NCBI RefSeq assembly: GCF_001194135.2
Contig: NC_068995.1
Location: forward strand, 44,333,393 to 44,397,392
Origin: Octopus bimaculoides
Lineage: Eukaryota
Direction of reading: 5' to 3'
DNA length: 64,000 nucleotides
The notes under the pieces were generated by a model, which was not told where the DNA came from, did no database searches, and saw only the letters and a list, made by a program, of their open reading frames with translations. Every line of letters begins with the position of its first letter. Position 1 is the first letter of the stretch. Both the position numbers and the translations under genes were made by a program. Below are positions 24,941 to 39,169 of this stretch, one piece after another.

Positions 24941-25427
24941 CTGAAAGACACAATATAGATGACTAGTCAATTCTGCTTGACTAGATCACTGACAAACAGG
25001 TACAGGCATGAAATTAGAATGTCGCATTAAGATGCACAATATCTAACCAGAGTTCCAAGTTCAAATCCAGTGTTGGCTCTCTGTGTAGTTTTGAGAGAGA
25101 TAGAGTGGAAGAGACTGAAAAAGAAAGATGCAACAGAAGAAAATATTTTCCAGATTGTAACCTTATACCTAGTATTGGGGTAACCTTACCCTTGATCTTG
25201 GTCAAATATTAAAATCAATAGTGCAGTTGGAGTAGCAGGGAAGTTGTCCTTGACAATAACTTTATAGAGGTCAGTACTTTTGGGTCTGCTTGAGAGTTCA
25301 GGGAGGCGAGAGGGGAATGCCAAACTCAGGAGCTGCCCCAGGTGGCACAGGCTCTAACTATGCTACTGAATAAAACAGAATTAAAAGTATAAATCTAAAT
25401 AGAAAAAATATTACACTAGGAACTTAC

Positions 25428-25548
25428 CATGATCTTCAATCCCAAATTCATCCAGTAAATCTGTCAGGGCATCCCTAAATTCTATCATACCTTGAGCAGG
25501 AATAGCAATGTGTGTTCTAGGTCCACCTCTTGGAATTGTTTGTGACAC
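25428..25548 (-). CDS. PURA: Pur-alpha family exon (121 bp, phase 0 to 1): [40 protein letters not shown]
   Basis: [21 protein letters not shown] motif of repeat II. Acceptor tctttgatccag, donor gtaagt. Confidence 0.96.
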
Positions 25549-25663
25549 CTGGATCAAAGAAAAGGTATAGGCTCAATAGACGCTGTTGTAAATAGAGAGA
25601 GAAATACAATGGTTGTAACTTAGAATGTCATAAAAAGGAGATCTACTGCAAGAAACCACTGAC

Positions 25664-25782
25664 CCTTAAAAATCGGCCACGTTGATTTTCTTTTAAATCA
25701 AGATAATAACGTCTGTTATCTTTAACCATGGTTTTTGTTTTTAATTTTCCGTCTTCAGGTAGGTTATCAGGATTTGGAGGCC
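25664..25782 (-). CDS. PURA: Pur-alpha family exon (119 bp, phase 1 to 0): [40 protein letters not shown]
   Basis: [16 protein letters not shown] signature of repeat II. Acceptor ttttctttgtgcag, donor gtcagt. Confidence 0.96.
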
Positions 25783-25914
25783 CTGCACAAAGAAAATAAA
25801 CGCACAATTTAATAACACTGATATTTAATCCTTTCATTACCATATTGCTTCAATTAACTTTGAAAAACTTTAGTAAAATAACTTTGCCCTTCTTAAACTG
25901 GTGCTCGAAACAGA

Positions 25915-26135
25915 AATTGGTTTCAAATTTTGGCACAAGGCCAGCAATTTCAGAGGAGGGAGTAAGTCAATTATATCGACTCAACACTTGACTGGTACTT
26001 ATTTTATCAACCCCCAAAAAGATGAAAGGCAAAGCTGACCTTGGCAGAATTTGGACTCAGAGCCTGAAGTCAGATAAAATGCCACTACGTATTTTGCCCA
26101 GCATAGCAACAATTGTGCCAGCTCACCACCTTTGT
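25915..26135 (-). mobile_element. SINE family D (CORE-like) copy
   Basis: Shares its core with 20615-20800 and 53060-53275. Confidence 0.65.
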
Positions 26136-26259
26136 TTGGAACATAAATTAACATGGAATATTGATGAATGGTTTAAATTTATATAACTTTAAAAAAAGAA
26201 TTTTTTTATAAAAGCAGGGGCATGCTCAGGACAGTCGGTATCAAATAAGTTAATAGCTC

Positions 26260-27650
26260 ATCAGGAGGCAGTTACTGTCCCCTTCTTCCAAATTGGGGAG
26301 AAATTGATGAGGTTTAGTTTGAACAACTATAAGAAAAGAATATAAATAGAAAGGCAATTCCAGATGTAAGATATTCTGGGAAAGAAGGATTTTATGATGT
26401 AGGAGCTGGGATAGGGGAGATAGATGTGTCAGAAGATGTCTTAGGTTGGGGTAGTTTACATCATTGTAGTAATGGTAGAAGAGAAGGCAGTGGAGGAGTC
26501 ATTATTGTAGTTGTAGAAAATCCAGAATGAGGAGACAGCACATCTGAGGGACAGAAGTTACAATGTATTGGTCTGAAATGTATTTAAGAATATCTGTTAG
26601 CACTGTCACCAATGTGGGCAATAGTATTCTTGCTTGCGTTTCATAGAAATGTTATGGAACTGAAGTAATTTCTGTCATTAGAGAAGAAGGCTAGTCTTTG
26701 GGATGCAGTTTCTGTTGTTATAGATGAGAGTGGAGTGAATTTGAAGGTTTTCAGTGAGTTGTCCAACACTAGAGAAGGTGAAGTGTGAGATTGTTTTTGT
26801 TGTTATAGGTTGATGCTTAACATTACATCTGCAAGGAGGTCATTGCCAAGGTTAGCTAAAGGTCCCTGCAACCAAGGCAGGAGCACAGGGCACCACATCA
26901 GGTATTTGGGACCTTCTAAATACAAAGAGAAAAATGTGAAAATAATGAATAAAATGAAATACAAGCAAAATATGGAAATCCCTCAAGTGAAGTCAAGCTT
27001 ACTTTAAAACACTGCAGGTGAGTATGGGAGTGGCAGGGGAAGGTTAAGGTGGGTGGTTTCTGAGTCAGTCAAGGAAATTCATTCGCTTTTCAGCAGGAAT
27101 GTGCAAAGTTGAAGAGAAAATATTAGATGTTACTTTTCAAAGTCCTCTATACTCATAAACTGGTTGACTGCACATGGTTTAAAGCAGTAACTTCAGAAGC
27201 AGAACATGAAGTTGTGAAGGGAAAGAAAAGAAAATGTGTCTTTGATCATGAATGATGGAAGTCAAAGAAATTAAACTGCTATGTCATAATTGGTAAACAC
27301 AAAGGAAAGGATAAAAGAGTTCAGACACAGGTCATAATGGGAAATCCACAGGAATTTCATATGCCTTGTGGATGGTGATACTGTAACAAATTTTTAGGTG
27401 TCTACCTTGATTCTGGATATTGTCCTGCACTTATGTGTTTTATTTCTAGCTTCTGGGTGGTGGCATATAATGAAAGCAAGACATTAAATGACATACTGCA
27501 TGATATTTATAGAAGGCTAGATGACAGCCCAGATTAGAAAGTGTCAAAGCAATTAAGCAGAAAATTAGCAGAATTCAAGATGCTCTTAATAAACTCACAG
27601 AAATGCCTGCTTTTGATTCTGCAATGCAACATGAATTAGAAACTTGTACC
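26260..27650 (-). mobile_element. Highly decayed CR1/L2-like LINE remnant (RT and 3' region)
   Basis: Minus-strand patches resembling NDL...(YADD) and the C-terminal FY.YY...FPR...WN.L region. Many stops and frameshifts. Confidence 0.45.
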
Positions 27651-27957
27651 ACAAACAGAAAATTAGTTTTCTAGTGATGATAGTCTCTGTCTGTTGCATC
27701 CACTGTGTTGGTGGGACCTTGATGTGAACACTCCTTCCCTGATCCCTTCATCTAACCAACAGAGAAAGGAAACCAACCTCAGTACTAGACTGGTATTTTA
27801 TTTACTAACCCCAAATGAAAGAAAAACAAAGTTGGCTTTAGTGTGATTTAAACTTAGAGTATGGAGGGCCACAACAAATATCACAAGTCATTCTATGTGA
27901 TGTTCTAACAACTGCCAAATTTGCCCTCTTATGATGATGATGATGGTGAATGTTTCT

Positions 27958-28345
27958 GACGATGTTTTAGGCATAGTAAATGTTGTCAGTGAAGCTGTGC
28001 AGGAGTGCCTCTGTGGAATTGTCGACCAAAGTTCATTAATGAATAGTTTACTAATTAATTAATTATCACGCAAATGGGTATGAAGAGAACAAGCACGAGC
28101 AAAAGAATTAGCTAGAGAATTGGATATGTAGCCCAATTTTAGAAGTAAAAGAATATGCTGAAAAAAGGGGGAATTTGAATATAAAGGCACTGGCAAGATT
28201 CCAAACACCAAATGACCCTAAAAGAAATTTTTCAAAATCATGTGTGAAACATAATACTTGATACAGCTATTAATTCTTTATCAAAGAGATTTGAACAGTT
28301 GCAAAGTTTCAATAACACATGGGGGATTTTTAAATAACATCAAAA
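27958..28345 (+). mobile_element. hAT-like transposase remnant
   Basis: Patches DVLGIVNVVSEAVQ and IILDTAINSLSKRFEQLQSFNNTWG resemble the hAT insertion-domain region. Confidence 0.45.
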
Positions 28346-28761
28346 GAATTTTCAAGATAAAAATAAACTGGAATTAATATATGAAGGTTTGGTGGATAGG
28401 TTCAGGTAGCAAGAAAACAGTGATAATAACGGATGTGATGCCTTCACTGAACTAAATCTCGCAAAAGAATGATTTCCTGGAGATGTAAAGCTTCTGATAG
28501 ATGGTGTTAGATTCCTCCACAGTAATAAGTTATAGACTGTAACTGTCTCTACACTTTTCTATACACCTTCTTGAACATATTCCCTTGAGGGTACACTCTG
28601 CTTTCTCATCAGCACCATCTTTATCTCACTTTCTGGCACCACTCTATCCACCTCCAGTTAGCCACACAGAATGTGGGATAGCCTTGACACTCCTCCACAA
28701 CAATAAACTTGCACCTGTTTCTTCCATCATACTTAAAAATCTCAGCACTCTGCATAAAAAC

Positions 28762-28807
<46 letters not shown>

Positions 28808-29426
28808 TCTTTTGTTTTCCCTCTTAGTCAAGAGAAGCTGTTTAGTCTTGCAAACTACACTCTCACTAGTACTGGTGCCACGAAAAAAGCACCCAGTACA
28901 GTCTGCAAAATGATTGACATTAAGAAGGGCATCCAGTCATAGAAATCATGCCAAATATTGGGAAGACACATTCCTCCAGCCCATTGGATGCCAGCGTGGG
29001 AAAGTGAACATGAAATGATGAAGAAGTCATCCCAAATCTGTGGATTGTGTTACAATATCTATAACTGTGGCTGAGAGAGGAGAGAAGCTTTAGTAATCTA
29101 AAGACATATTTTTGGTCCTCCATAACACAAGAGAGATTAAATCTTTTAGCAATTTTCTCAATAGAAAATGTTGCATGAAGAAAAGGAAAAGCTATCAAAA
29201 GTGTTATGAGAACATTTGCAGATTTAATGTCAAGAAAAGGAAAAAATGTTTTAGCTAGACTGAAGGTTGTAGTACAATGTCTGTTCTTTTGTTCCTATTG
29301 TTACATCTACAGAAGATCAACAGCACCCTTTGGACTTCCTCTCACTCACCCATCCACAACCCAATGTTTGTTTGTAACAAAAATATGTTGAGATTATTGC
29401 CAGTAATACACTCACACATATACACA

Positions 29427-29477
<51 letters not shown>

Positions 29478-29487
29478 NNNNNNNNNN

Positions 29488-29546
<59 letters not shown>

Positions 29547-31626
29547 GTAATGGAAAGGTTTCAAATTCTGATGCCATGTTTCAACTGTTCTCTTTAGCTT
29601 CTTGTATATAATGATAATAAACATTTGCTTGTAGCGGTACTGAACTTCAGCTTGTTCAGGATGCCACAACCCTGCAGCCAGCCCTGATTGCAACTTGTTT
29701 TGACTATCTTATTAAATAAAAACTTTAGAAAGGAGATATTTTAACTTTTTTTAGATTACAGTTAGAAACTGAATAGAAAATGTTAAAAAATATAAAATTA
29801 TTAGTAGCTAATTGGAATTGTCTGGTACTGAAAGAAGATAAAATGAGAGAACTAGATTAATGTTTTGATCAAACTATTAAAAAACATGCTGGTACATCTG
29901 AATCTTTTTACTCAAACAATAATGTTTCATGAAGGATTTACCATACTTCAAATGTTGGTGTATGTAGCAGCATCAGTACTGTGTTATAGGTGTGTTGCTA
30001 TACACAAACATCGCAGACTACATTAGATGTGGATAGGGTATCTAATGTAGTTTAGGATGTTTCTGTTTATGTAAACAGTAACACCATCTCGTAGATACAG
30101 ACGGCACTGTTAATGTGGTCTGGGATGTTTGAGTCATAACAAGATGGTCCTATAGACATTTGTTATTGTGTAATGTGGTTTATGACATGTATGCGTGTTT
30201 AGCAGCAGGACCATCCCATGGAAGTGGTTAGTACTCTAATATGAGTCTTATTTGGACTCTCCAGAGGCTCAACAAATGATCATGACTAATATATTTGTTA
30301 TACTAAAGCCCTATCTTTGAGATACAGTTTTGGCAATACCATTTGTATGTACATGAGGTTTCCACAATAGAGCATCAAAGATAGTGAGGTCTAGCATTTG
30401 TGGTAACTCTGAGGGGTTTAGTTGAGTTATTTATGTGTAGGATAGGTTTAAAGTAGAGAATGTTTCCTTGATAAGTGTGCAGCAATTATGTATAGTTGTG
30501 TCCTCATTGAAAGAAGGTTGTTATGGAGACAGTGTAGGTCTAGTGTTGTGTGGTATCTATATTGTATTATTCTTAACTAGTAAATGTAAAGTATACCTCT
30601 GTCTCTTTGATGCTAGCAGAAGTTATATAGTTGTGATGTTGAAATAAAATTGAATTGTTATGTTCCCAATGAAGGATATTCTTGAGGTCTCCACTCATAG
30701 AGACACTGTATGTTGTGGTGAGGTATTAAGATTGGAGTGAATGGAATGTAAAGAAGTATTTCTTTGATGGCTGTAGTGATTGGGTCTTTGTGCTATTGCA
30801 AGAGATTAAGCCATCGTCTTCCCATTGAAGGGTATTGTAAAGCTTTCTGTTGATAGAAGCAGTAACGGTCAGTCTTTACCCACCTATCAGTGGAAGCAGT
30901 AAAGGTCAGTTGTGAAGTGTGTAGGTTACATGAGGACAACACCTGTGAGCAGAATGTCCAGCAAGACTGATTAATAATATTATCTGTGTAAAATTAGGGC
31001 TGTGGAGAAATGCCTCTCCATAATGCTGCAAGGAGTGCTCACGATGCAATAGGTGTCTGTGGAGGAACGGGGTAGCCATACAGTAACACACACGCACACA
31101 TTCCAACCCATGCTAGCATAGGAAGCAGGTGTAAAATGAGGATCATATACATATATATATAATCACATGCGTAAATGTATGTGCGAGTTATTTTATCAAG
31201 AAATTTATCAGACTTCAAATATTAGCTAATTACCAAAGGAGTTGAATTATTGGAATAACAGAATAACATGGAGAAGCAAATTTTAAGCAACCATTTTAGA
31301 TTTAACTTCTTAGAATTAAAATGAAAAATTATAATACATAAGTAAGAGAAATATAGATTTTTTTACACAATCATTTAGTAATTCAAATACTAATTTACTG
31401 CATGAAAGACTACAATCGACACTCCAGTTTTAATAGTTTGGAGGTTTCTTGCATTTGTTTTATTTTGTATACAAATTATTGATGTAAACTCCTACATAGC
31501 AATTATTTAATCAATGTTTGTTTCTTTTTTATTTATTTTTCAATAAGCAAAAGCCAAACTGCAGTAAAAGAATATATATGTGTTGAAGTAATACCAGAAT
31601 GATATGTGTGTGGGTGTGCGTGTGTG

Positions 31627-31677
<51 letters not shown>

Positions 31678-31920
31678 CTGCCAACACTAACACAATTATA
31701 AAATCAATATACAACTCGAAGTAGGTCACCAGAGAAATGTAGTGGCACCATAGTATATTTGTATCATAAAATAGGGATACTATCTGCATGTGCATGTGTG
31801 TGTGTGTGTGTGTGTGTGTGTTGTATCTGTGAATGTTTTGTATTGTATTACACATCATATCATGTTTGATCATAATTACATTTTACTTCAACACAATAAT
31901 GAAACCTTTTCATACCTGAA

Positions 31921-31996
<76 letters not shown>

Positions 31997-32628
31997 CAGA
32001 AAAACTTATATAAATCAACAAGCACATACACATTAATCAGATAACAAGGCCCACCTGTAAATATATAAGTCTAAGAGATTGTTTTGTGGGTCACTTCTGA
32101 ATTTATGAAGACTAAAAGACATTTCATTCAATCACCTCTGAATATACAAAGTCTAAGGGATAGTTTTGTCTGATTCTCATCTGCCATATTCCTATTAAAA
32201 GAGTTGTTTTAATAGCTGCTGTGTCTGTTCATGCCTGTGTGTTCATAGGTAATTGCAAAGGTGTTTATGATTTTAGTTGTGTAAAGACATGTTGCATGCA
32301 TGTCTAATAATAAGAGTACCAGCATGTGTTATGAATACAGATGTAAATGGAATCATAACTGTAAGTACTTAGTCTCACCGTGAAATTAGGCACCCTGTAG
32401 TCAGAACACAAGAGTCTACTGTCACGGTGGGACTAAATACACAGAGATATAACTATCTATTCAGATTTACATATGTTTAAGACATGTAATTTATTTACCC
32501 TTGTTTCTGTGGTAAAACAGTTAAATTTTGGTTCCAGCTAATTCCAGCTTAGCCCATGCTTAGTGTTTGTCAACTGACAATCATAATAGACAATTCTTTC
32601 AATGCTATACTATACTATAGAATATATC

Positions 32629-32669
<41 letters not shown>

Positions 32670-32904
32670 TTTGAGTATAAATAAGAGGGATCAGCCAAAC
32701 TGGTTTCAATCTTATGTTGGGATTTCATCAGTGCCTGAATACCATCTTTAACTGTCCACAGAGACATTACTTGTAACTCCATTATTACTAAGGACTCAAT
32801 TTACTTAAACCCTTAATAACAGTGGATTTATAAGCAGCAACTGTAGGGATAGTTAAAGAGGACCTCAATCATTGATCCCTCTTTTCCCATCCACAAAGAT
32901 ATCA

Positions 32905-33118
32905 TCATCATCATCATCATCGTTTAACGTCCGCTTTCCATGCTAGCATGGGTTGGACGATTTGACTGAGGACTGGTGAAACCGGATGGCAACACCAGGC
33001 TCCAGTCTGATTTGGCAGAGTTTCTACAGCTGGATGCCCTTCCTAACGCCAACCACTCAGAGAGTGTAGTGGGTGCTTTTACGTGTCACCCGCACGAAAA
33101 CGGCCACGCTCGAAATGG
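32905..33118 (-). mobile_element. Young 5'-truncated RTE 3' end with (TGA)n tail
   Basis: Close reverse-complement match to 50-262. Confidence 0.85.
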
Positions 33119-34217
33119 TATATATATATATATATATATATTTAAATAAATAAATAAAGGTGTTTACATCTGTCTATACATTCAGTCTTGGCTAAAAATC
33201 CATCAATATATGCTGTACTACAATACTGTTAACATGCTAGTAATTCATTTATCAAACCAACTGCGAAGAATATGTTAGATATGCAAAATTAGTCTAATTT
33301 AAGCTGTCAGTAATAACAAGCACTCACTCCATGGACAGTTAAAGAAGATGCTAGTCTGATGCTGCTTCTTTTTCTGTCCACATAGGTAATTCACATAAAG
33401 ACAAGATGTCTATATGTGTATCTATACATATAATTTTGGTTAATTTTGGTTAAAAATTTAAAGCTCTATTCTATAGTACAGTTGATAATAAAATATTTTT
33501 GATAATAAAATATTTAAAAAATAATTAATGTTTCTTTATCTTGTTGCAACATTGCTCTCCAATCAGTCTGGAACGAAGTCACTCTACAAATGGAGTAACC
33601 TATTGCTAGATGACAGGAGTTGCACTTCTTTAATTTGATCGTTGGCAATGGGCTGGGAATCACTTTGAGATTTAACAACACTAAAATAACTGCATTACAC
33701 ATTGGTTATAGCTCCAGGATCTTCAGTCATATTGGGGATATAACATCCCCTTACTACCACACTAATGAACACTGCATCTCAGAACATACAACAGAGTTCC
33801 AGATTAGACAGAAATTAGGTTTATCCTGCTTGCTTGAGTTGTAAGTTATTCATAATTATTCACTCCACAAATTCCATACCATATGAATTCTTTGAGTGTA
33901 GCTACTCAACAGCAGCAACAGACATTTGTTTTAATGTAACAATATATATAATATCACCTCTTTCAGTGTAGTTAATGACAAAAAAAAAATTAAACCAATG
34001 CATTATTTACATATAGCCCACAAAGATGAAATAAGTGGCAGCCACATTTCAAATCGTTGAAATTAGAAAGAGGATCTATCCAACTATGCTTCAACAGTTT
34101 ATGAACAATCTTACGCCACATTCACACAATGTTCTCTCTAGAAACAAATTTGCCATACATTAAAACAAATATAAAAAATACATTGACTTTAAGAAGTTCC
34201 AACTGCAAAGAACTTAC

Positions 34218-34320
34218 CCAATGAAGCATAATGTTCACTGAAATCTGTTAGATTGTCACGAAATTCTGCAGCTGTTGACATAGCCAGAAGGAGACGGCTC
34301 TTCTTTCCACCAGCACCAAC
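34218..34320 (-). CDS. PURA: Pur-alpha family exon (103 bp, phase 0 to 1): [34 protein letters not shown]
   Basis: [16 protein letters not shown]...YASL second half of repeat I. Acceptor ttctaatgtag, donor gtaagt. Confidence 0.95.
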
Positions 34321-35372
34321 CTACATTAGAATACGAACAGACTTAACAATACATTAACACATTCTATTAAAAGGAAGTTTCACTGGTCTATTTTATAATT
34401 TGTTTGTTCAAAGATGTATATGTCAATCAACAAGAGCAAATACAGTAATATAAAGGTTTCCTTATATATTTTAGGAATTATATTGTCTTTTTCATCCTTA
34501 ATTTTGATAATACTACTGAATTTACTAGAGAAATCCAAGAGGTTCATAATTATTCCAATGCTAGTCTCTGGATCTGCAGTTTTAACTTGGTTTAAAACCA
34601 AGTGACCTTTGGCAGCCTTTTATGATGTACCTCTGCAGCAAGTATTCAGGTTGAATATCTAGTCAGAGGATAATTTGATATCTTGATGTATTGCACTCTA
34701 CCACTATTTTGGTAAAGGCTACAGTAGTGATCAAGAGGAGACCACCTCACCCCACCCACAACAGATACAAGTGGAGCCCAGTCTCTTGAATAAAGAATTG
34801 AAAGTCTGCCCTAACAATCAGCTAGGCTACCAAATGGTTACTGACTTCCAATTGGCCTGCTTAACAGGCATTACCGAAATGGTTAGCATAAAATAATGGA
34901 TTCATAGAGGTGGTGGTGGTAGCGGTGATGATGGTGACAGTTATGACAATAATGAAGATAATGGTGGTGTAGAGGTAGTGGTGGTGGTGGTAATGGTGGC
35001 AGTGATGATGATGATAGTGTCATCAATTGTGATGGCAATGTTTATGATGGAAGAGTTAGTAGTGATCACAACCTTGATGATGATGTAGTGGTGGAGGCTG
35101 TAATGCTTGTGGTGACAATGATGGTGATAGCTGTATTAGCAATGATATCCATCATGGTGATGATGAAGGTGGTGGTGGTGATAATGTCAACTCTTATTTT
35201 CCCAAAAAACAGTTATGAAATATAAAATTGAATGAAAAAAAATTAATGAGGCATGAAATAATTTATCAGAATTTTCAGTAAGAAAGTGGAAATAGTAATT
35301 TAATTGATTGATTTCACAAAGTATGAATAAAAATAATAAATAATTGATAACCATGCTACTCATCTCCCCCCA

Positions 35373-35405
<33 letters not shown>

Positions 35406-36239
35406 ACAATTCCTCCATCACTCATTTTTGATATCTATCATTTTCTCTTTCCCATCATTCTCTCACTTCCAGTACTCCATCTTCTAAAATTCTGTCTCCC
35501 TCCTGTCACTCTCTCTTCCTACCTCACCCTCGTCATGCTGTTTCTATCCAACCTCCTAACCACTCACACACTCCTATGCTTCTGCTTGTATTTCATTATC
35601 TTCTCCTCTCTTACCCTTCCACTGATTTTTTTTTTCCTTCTCTCTTTCTCCTATCTACCAGGAGGGAAAATGCCCCTCTGGTACTGGTGAATGAACAAAT
35701 GAAGACAATATCAGGTAAAGAGATATCTATAGTCTTGCTGAGGACATGACAACATCTCCAGTATTGGTGCCAATAATAACATGCATCCAGAATACTCAGT
35801 GAGGTGGTTGCTAATAGGAAGGGTATCCAGCCATAGAAAACATGCCAACAATGGAACATATGACTGAGATGTTATCTCCAATAAATCTACAAGGACAGTC
35901 ATTCTGAATAAGGACTGACTTAGTCTTTGAAGACCCATACAACCCATGCCAGCATAGGAAAGCAAAGCTAAAATAATTTGGGCTGTGGATAACATGAGAG
36001 ATATCACATACATACACATATAAAAGTTGTCTCACCCCCTCCCTCTCTCCTTCTATCAGACGCACTACAATGTAGCTACCCAACCTAGATCAATTTCTTA
36101 AACACACATATTCACAACAGATATTTATAAAACAATATGTTCATATATCCAAAAATAATGTTTTCTTATACAGATATCACATTGGATGTTGTGATATTCA
36201 TTCATTAAAGTGAAGTGGTTGAATTCATGACTCAGTGAG

Positions 36240-38700
36240 GTCACTGAATATTTATCTACTGCCAGGCTATGGGAACTCTCACCTGGCTGATAATACTTCC
36301 GCAGATAACATACACAGATCTCACAAGCAATTCATTTCTCCCTCTTTTTCTTATTGATCACCAGACTACAAGCATGGATCTCTCAGTAACACCTTCTCAG
36401 GGCATTGATGGTCTCCTTTCTTGGCACAAACCCAAACTGCGCATCATCTTAGCTAATAATTATTTTCTCAAATAGTTGTGCCAGAACATTTTCAGCACCT
36501 TTCACAACCACCTCCATCAATATGATGCCTTTGTAGTAGCCTCTCTCTGGAGCATCTCCTTTACCCTTGCAGTAGTTAACAATGATACTGCTATGTCAGT
36601 TTAGGTATCACCCTATACTAATTACCAATGAGTGACATATTTCAGCTGATGTTTTAAGCATCTCAGCAATTATCCCCTGATGGTCCCACTGCTTTCTCTG
36701 CCTTCAGATCCTTAATCATGCTTTCAACATATGACAGTCAGCTTCATTGGCTGGTTCTTTTATTGAGTTTACTTGGAGTAAGCCCCTGCCACCACCATCA
36801 CCTCTGTCCTTCATGCTTTCTACTAATTCAACAATCTCGCATAATAGTATTTCCATGCCTATTTCTTTTCAGTGTCAGTAAGGGCAAGTGCACTGCTATC
36901 ATTCTGCAAACATTTCTCCCCAACGATGTTTTGATTGCGTCTAGCACATAGTTTGCAATCCAAAGTACCTCATACCTCTGATCCTACTGTCCCAGAACAT
37001 GTTCGAAAGTTTTACCTTTGGCTCCTCCACTTGCTAAATGCATCCGACATTGAGTTTCTCTTCCAGCCCTTTAATAATGTCCTTTATAGTTTCCTCTTTT
37101 CTTGCAGTCTTTTTTTGACCTGTATTTTAGCTTTTATATCTTTATAGTAATATTCCACCAACATGTTAGCTTTCACCTGGCTGGAATCTTGCATTAGCCA
37201 CAGATCAGGTCTTAAGCCCTGAGTAGAAGGCAGATCCATGAATAACATTACCAAAAGTAAATAGTGGCTGATGGGAAATGCTGAAATGATTTGTCCAACC
37301 CATGCCAGCATGGAAGGCAGATGTTAAACGATGATGATAATGATGATGATTTCATTAACTGGTTTACATCACACCAGGAATGTTCTACTTGTATGATTCA
37401 GGTTTAATTTCTTTTGAAAGGTATAAATAGACCAAGCCTTAATTTATATGAATGTCTATTGATTGAGGTGTATATAACAATTTAGAACATTCTAACAATT
37501 GAGAGAGAGGTGAGTGTTAAAAATTTAGATTTTGTTATGTAAATCTAAGTTTGTAAGGAAACGTAAAATATTAAATAATGATCTCAGACAAGATGTACAA
37601 TATAAATACTTTCCACCCTGCTACATAAATGCTTTCAATGTGTGTGCAAAATATCAAAGTTTACACAAAATCTTGATTACTTTATTACTAAAATTCTGAA
37701 AATGGTTTTTCTTGGAAACATAATACAAGAGAAAAATATTGAAGTATGAGCCTTAGCTTTCTTAATCTTTAAGTGTCTGCAGTTCTACTGGATTATCTTA
37801 TGTCTTTATGATACGGTATTAATGAGAAAGAGAATTTGTCCGCCTCTACAAAGCAAAGGTTCACTTTTCTTGCAGTTACACAAAATATACATATTAGAGG
37901 GTGTATAGAGTTAAGTAATAATTTTTTAGGGCAGTTTTGTTTTTGATTTTTAGTTGGTGTATTTTTTATTTTAACTTGAACTGGTAATTGTCCTGTGGAG
38001 TATCCTTATGAAATAATTGGTCGAATTTTTAGGGTTATATATTTTGTTTAATGGAATCTAACCTGCTTTCATACAAACAAGTGTCTTTGTTTTGTTTCGT
38101 TTTTGTTGGGTTTTTTTTTTTCATGCTTCCAACAGTGATTTAGGACAAGTCAGTATTGCTTAATCTGTTTTGTCTTGTCTTTTTTTCCGTTTTTGCTTTC
38201 CATACTGGATTAGTATTTCAGTAGAGCATATAATAATGAGAGTCAGTGTTGTTAATTAGTCTTTACTCTGAGAATTATTTACAGTTGCTTCTTTGCCCTA
38301 ATGGCCCTGTCTACAGTATTGTTCCACCCCAACGTTACCCTAGGTCTGGAAGAGACTTTGCACCAGTCACAGACTTGGTCTGTGGCACTCAGCAAGCTGT
38401 CTTGCAAGAATTCCCAGTTGCCCTCTATGTCACAAGTTTGTAGCTCCTCCTCTCTCTCATCAAATTTCTCAATTAGGATGTCCCTAAATCTCTAACCATA
38501 CAAAGGGTCCTTAAGCTTCCAAATCTTTCTTTTCAAGATTGGTCTGCTTCTTGGCATTCTTCTGGCCTTGAGTCTAAAGTCGCTAATGACTAGTCTATGC
38601 TGGGGGGGGGTACATTCTTCACCAAGAGGAGGTAATAGTTCTGGGAAAGACTGATCTGACAAAGAAATTAATGAGAAGTCTGATACATGTGCTAGTAAGG
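36240..38700 (-). mobile_element. Fragmented RTE LINE (endonuclease end/linker at 38250-38700, RT N-terminal part at 36240-37200)
   Basis: QHRLVISDFRLKARR..RKIWKLKDP (38492-38722 ORF) and SIIVNYCKGKGDAPERGYYKGI..QFGFVP on the minus strand, in the correct LINE order. Confidence 0.75.
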
Positions 38701-39169
38701 GTGATGGAAGGAAGAAAGACAAATATTCTTAAGAAGTGTGCAGTTTGTTATTTCAGAAGGCCATAGTGGTAGTGCTGGAATTCTTTCATTACCATATTTC
38801 TGTTGAAAGACACTACCTTTGTTTCAAGTTATTAGGAAAATAATAAAGAATTGAATAAAATAATTTTGTCATTATTAATCTGATGTTTGAACCATGAATT
38901 AACATGAAATTTCAAGGGGCAGTTTTAATGTATCAGGAAGTTTGTATTATAGAACCAAGAGTAATCTTAGGCAAAGTAGTATCAAAATGGCCAAGAGTCA
39001 GAAACAAGAAACAGAGATTCTCTGCATCAGTGATTGTAATCTGTTGGTAAAGGAATCTTTCCAATCAACCAAATGGCCATTTTGCTTTTTTATGCAATTC
39101 AGGATGTTTGTGTACAAAGCAATGGCACCATCCAAGATAAAACACAACCAAAAATACAGATATATATTG

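Noticed and set aside
34908-35185. (GGT/GAT)n tract as a PUR-binding (GGN)n autoregulatory site
   Set aside because: It is on the strand opposite the Pur transcript and indistinguishable from the common trinucleotide microsatellites in this genome.
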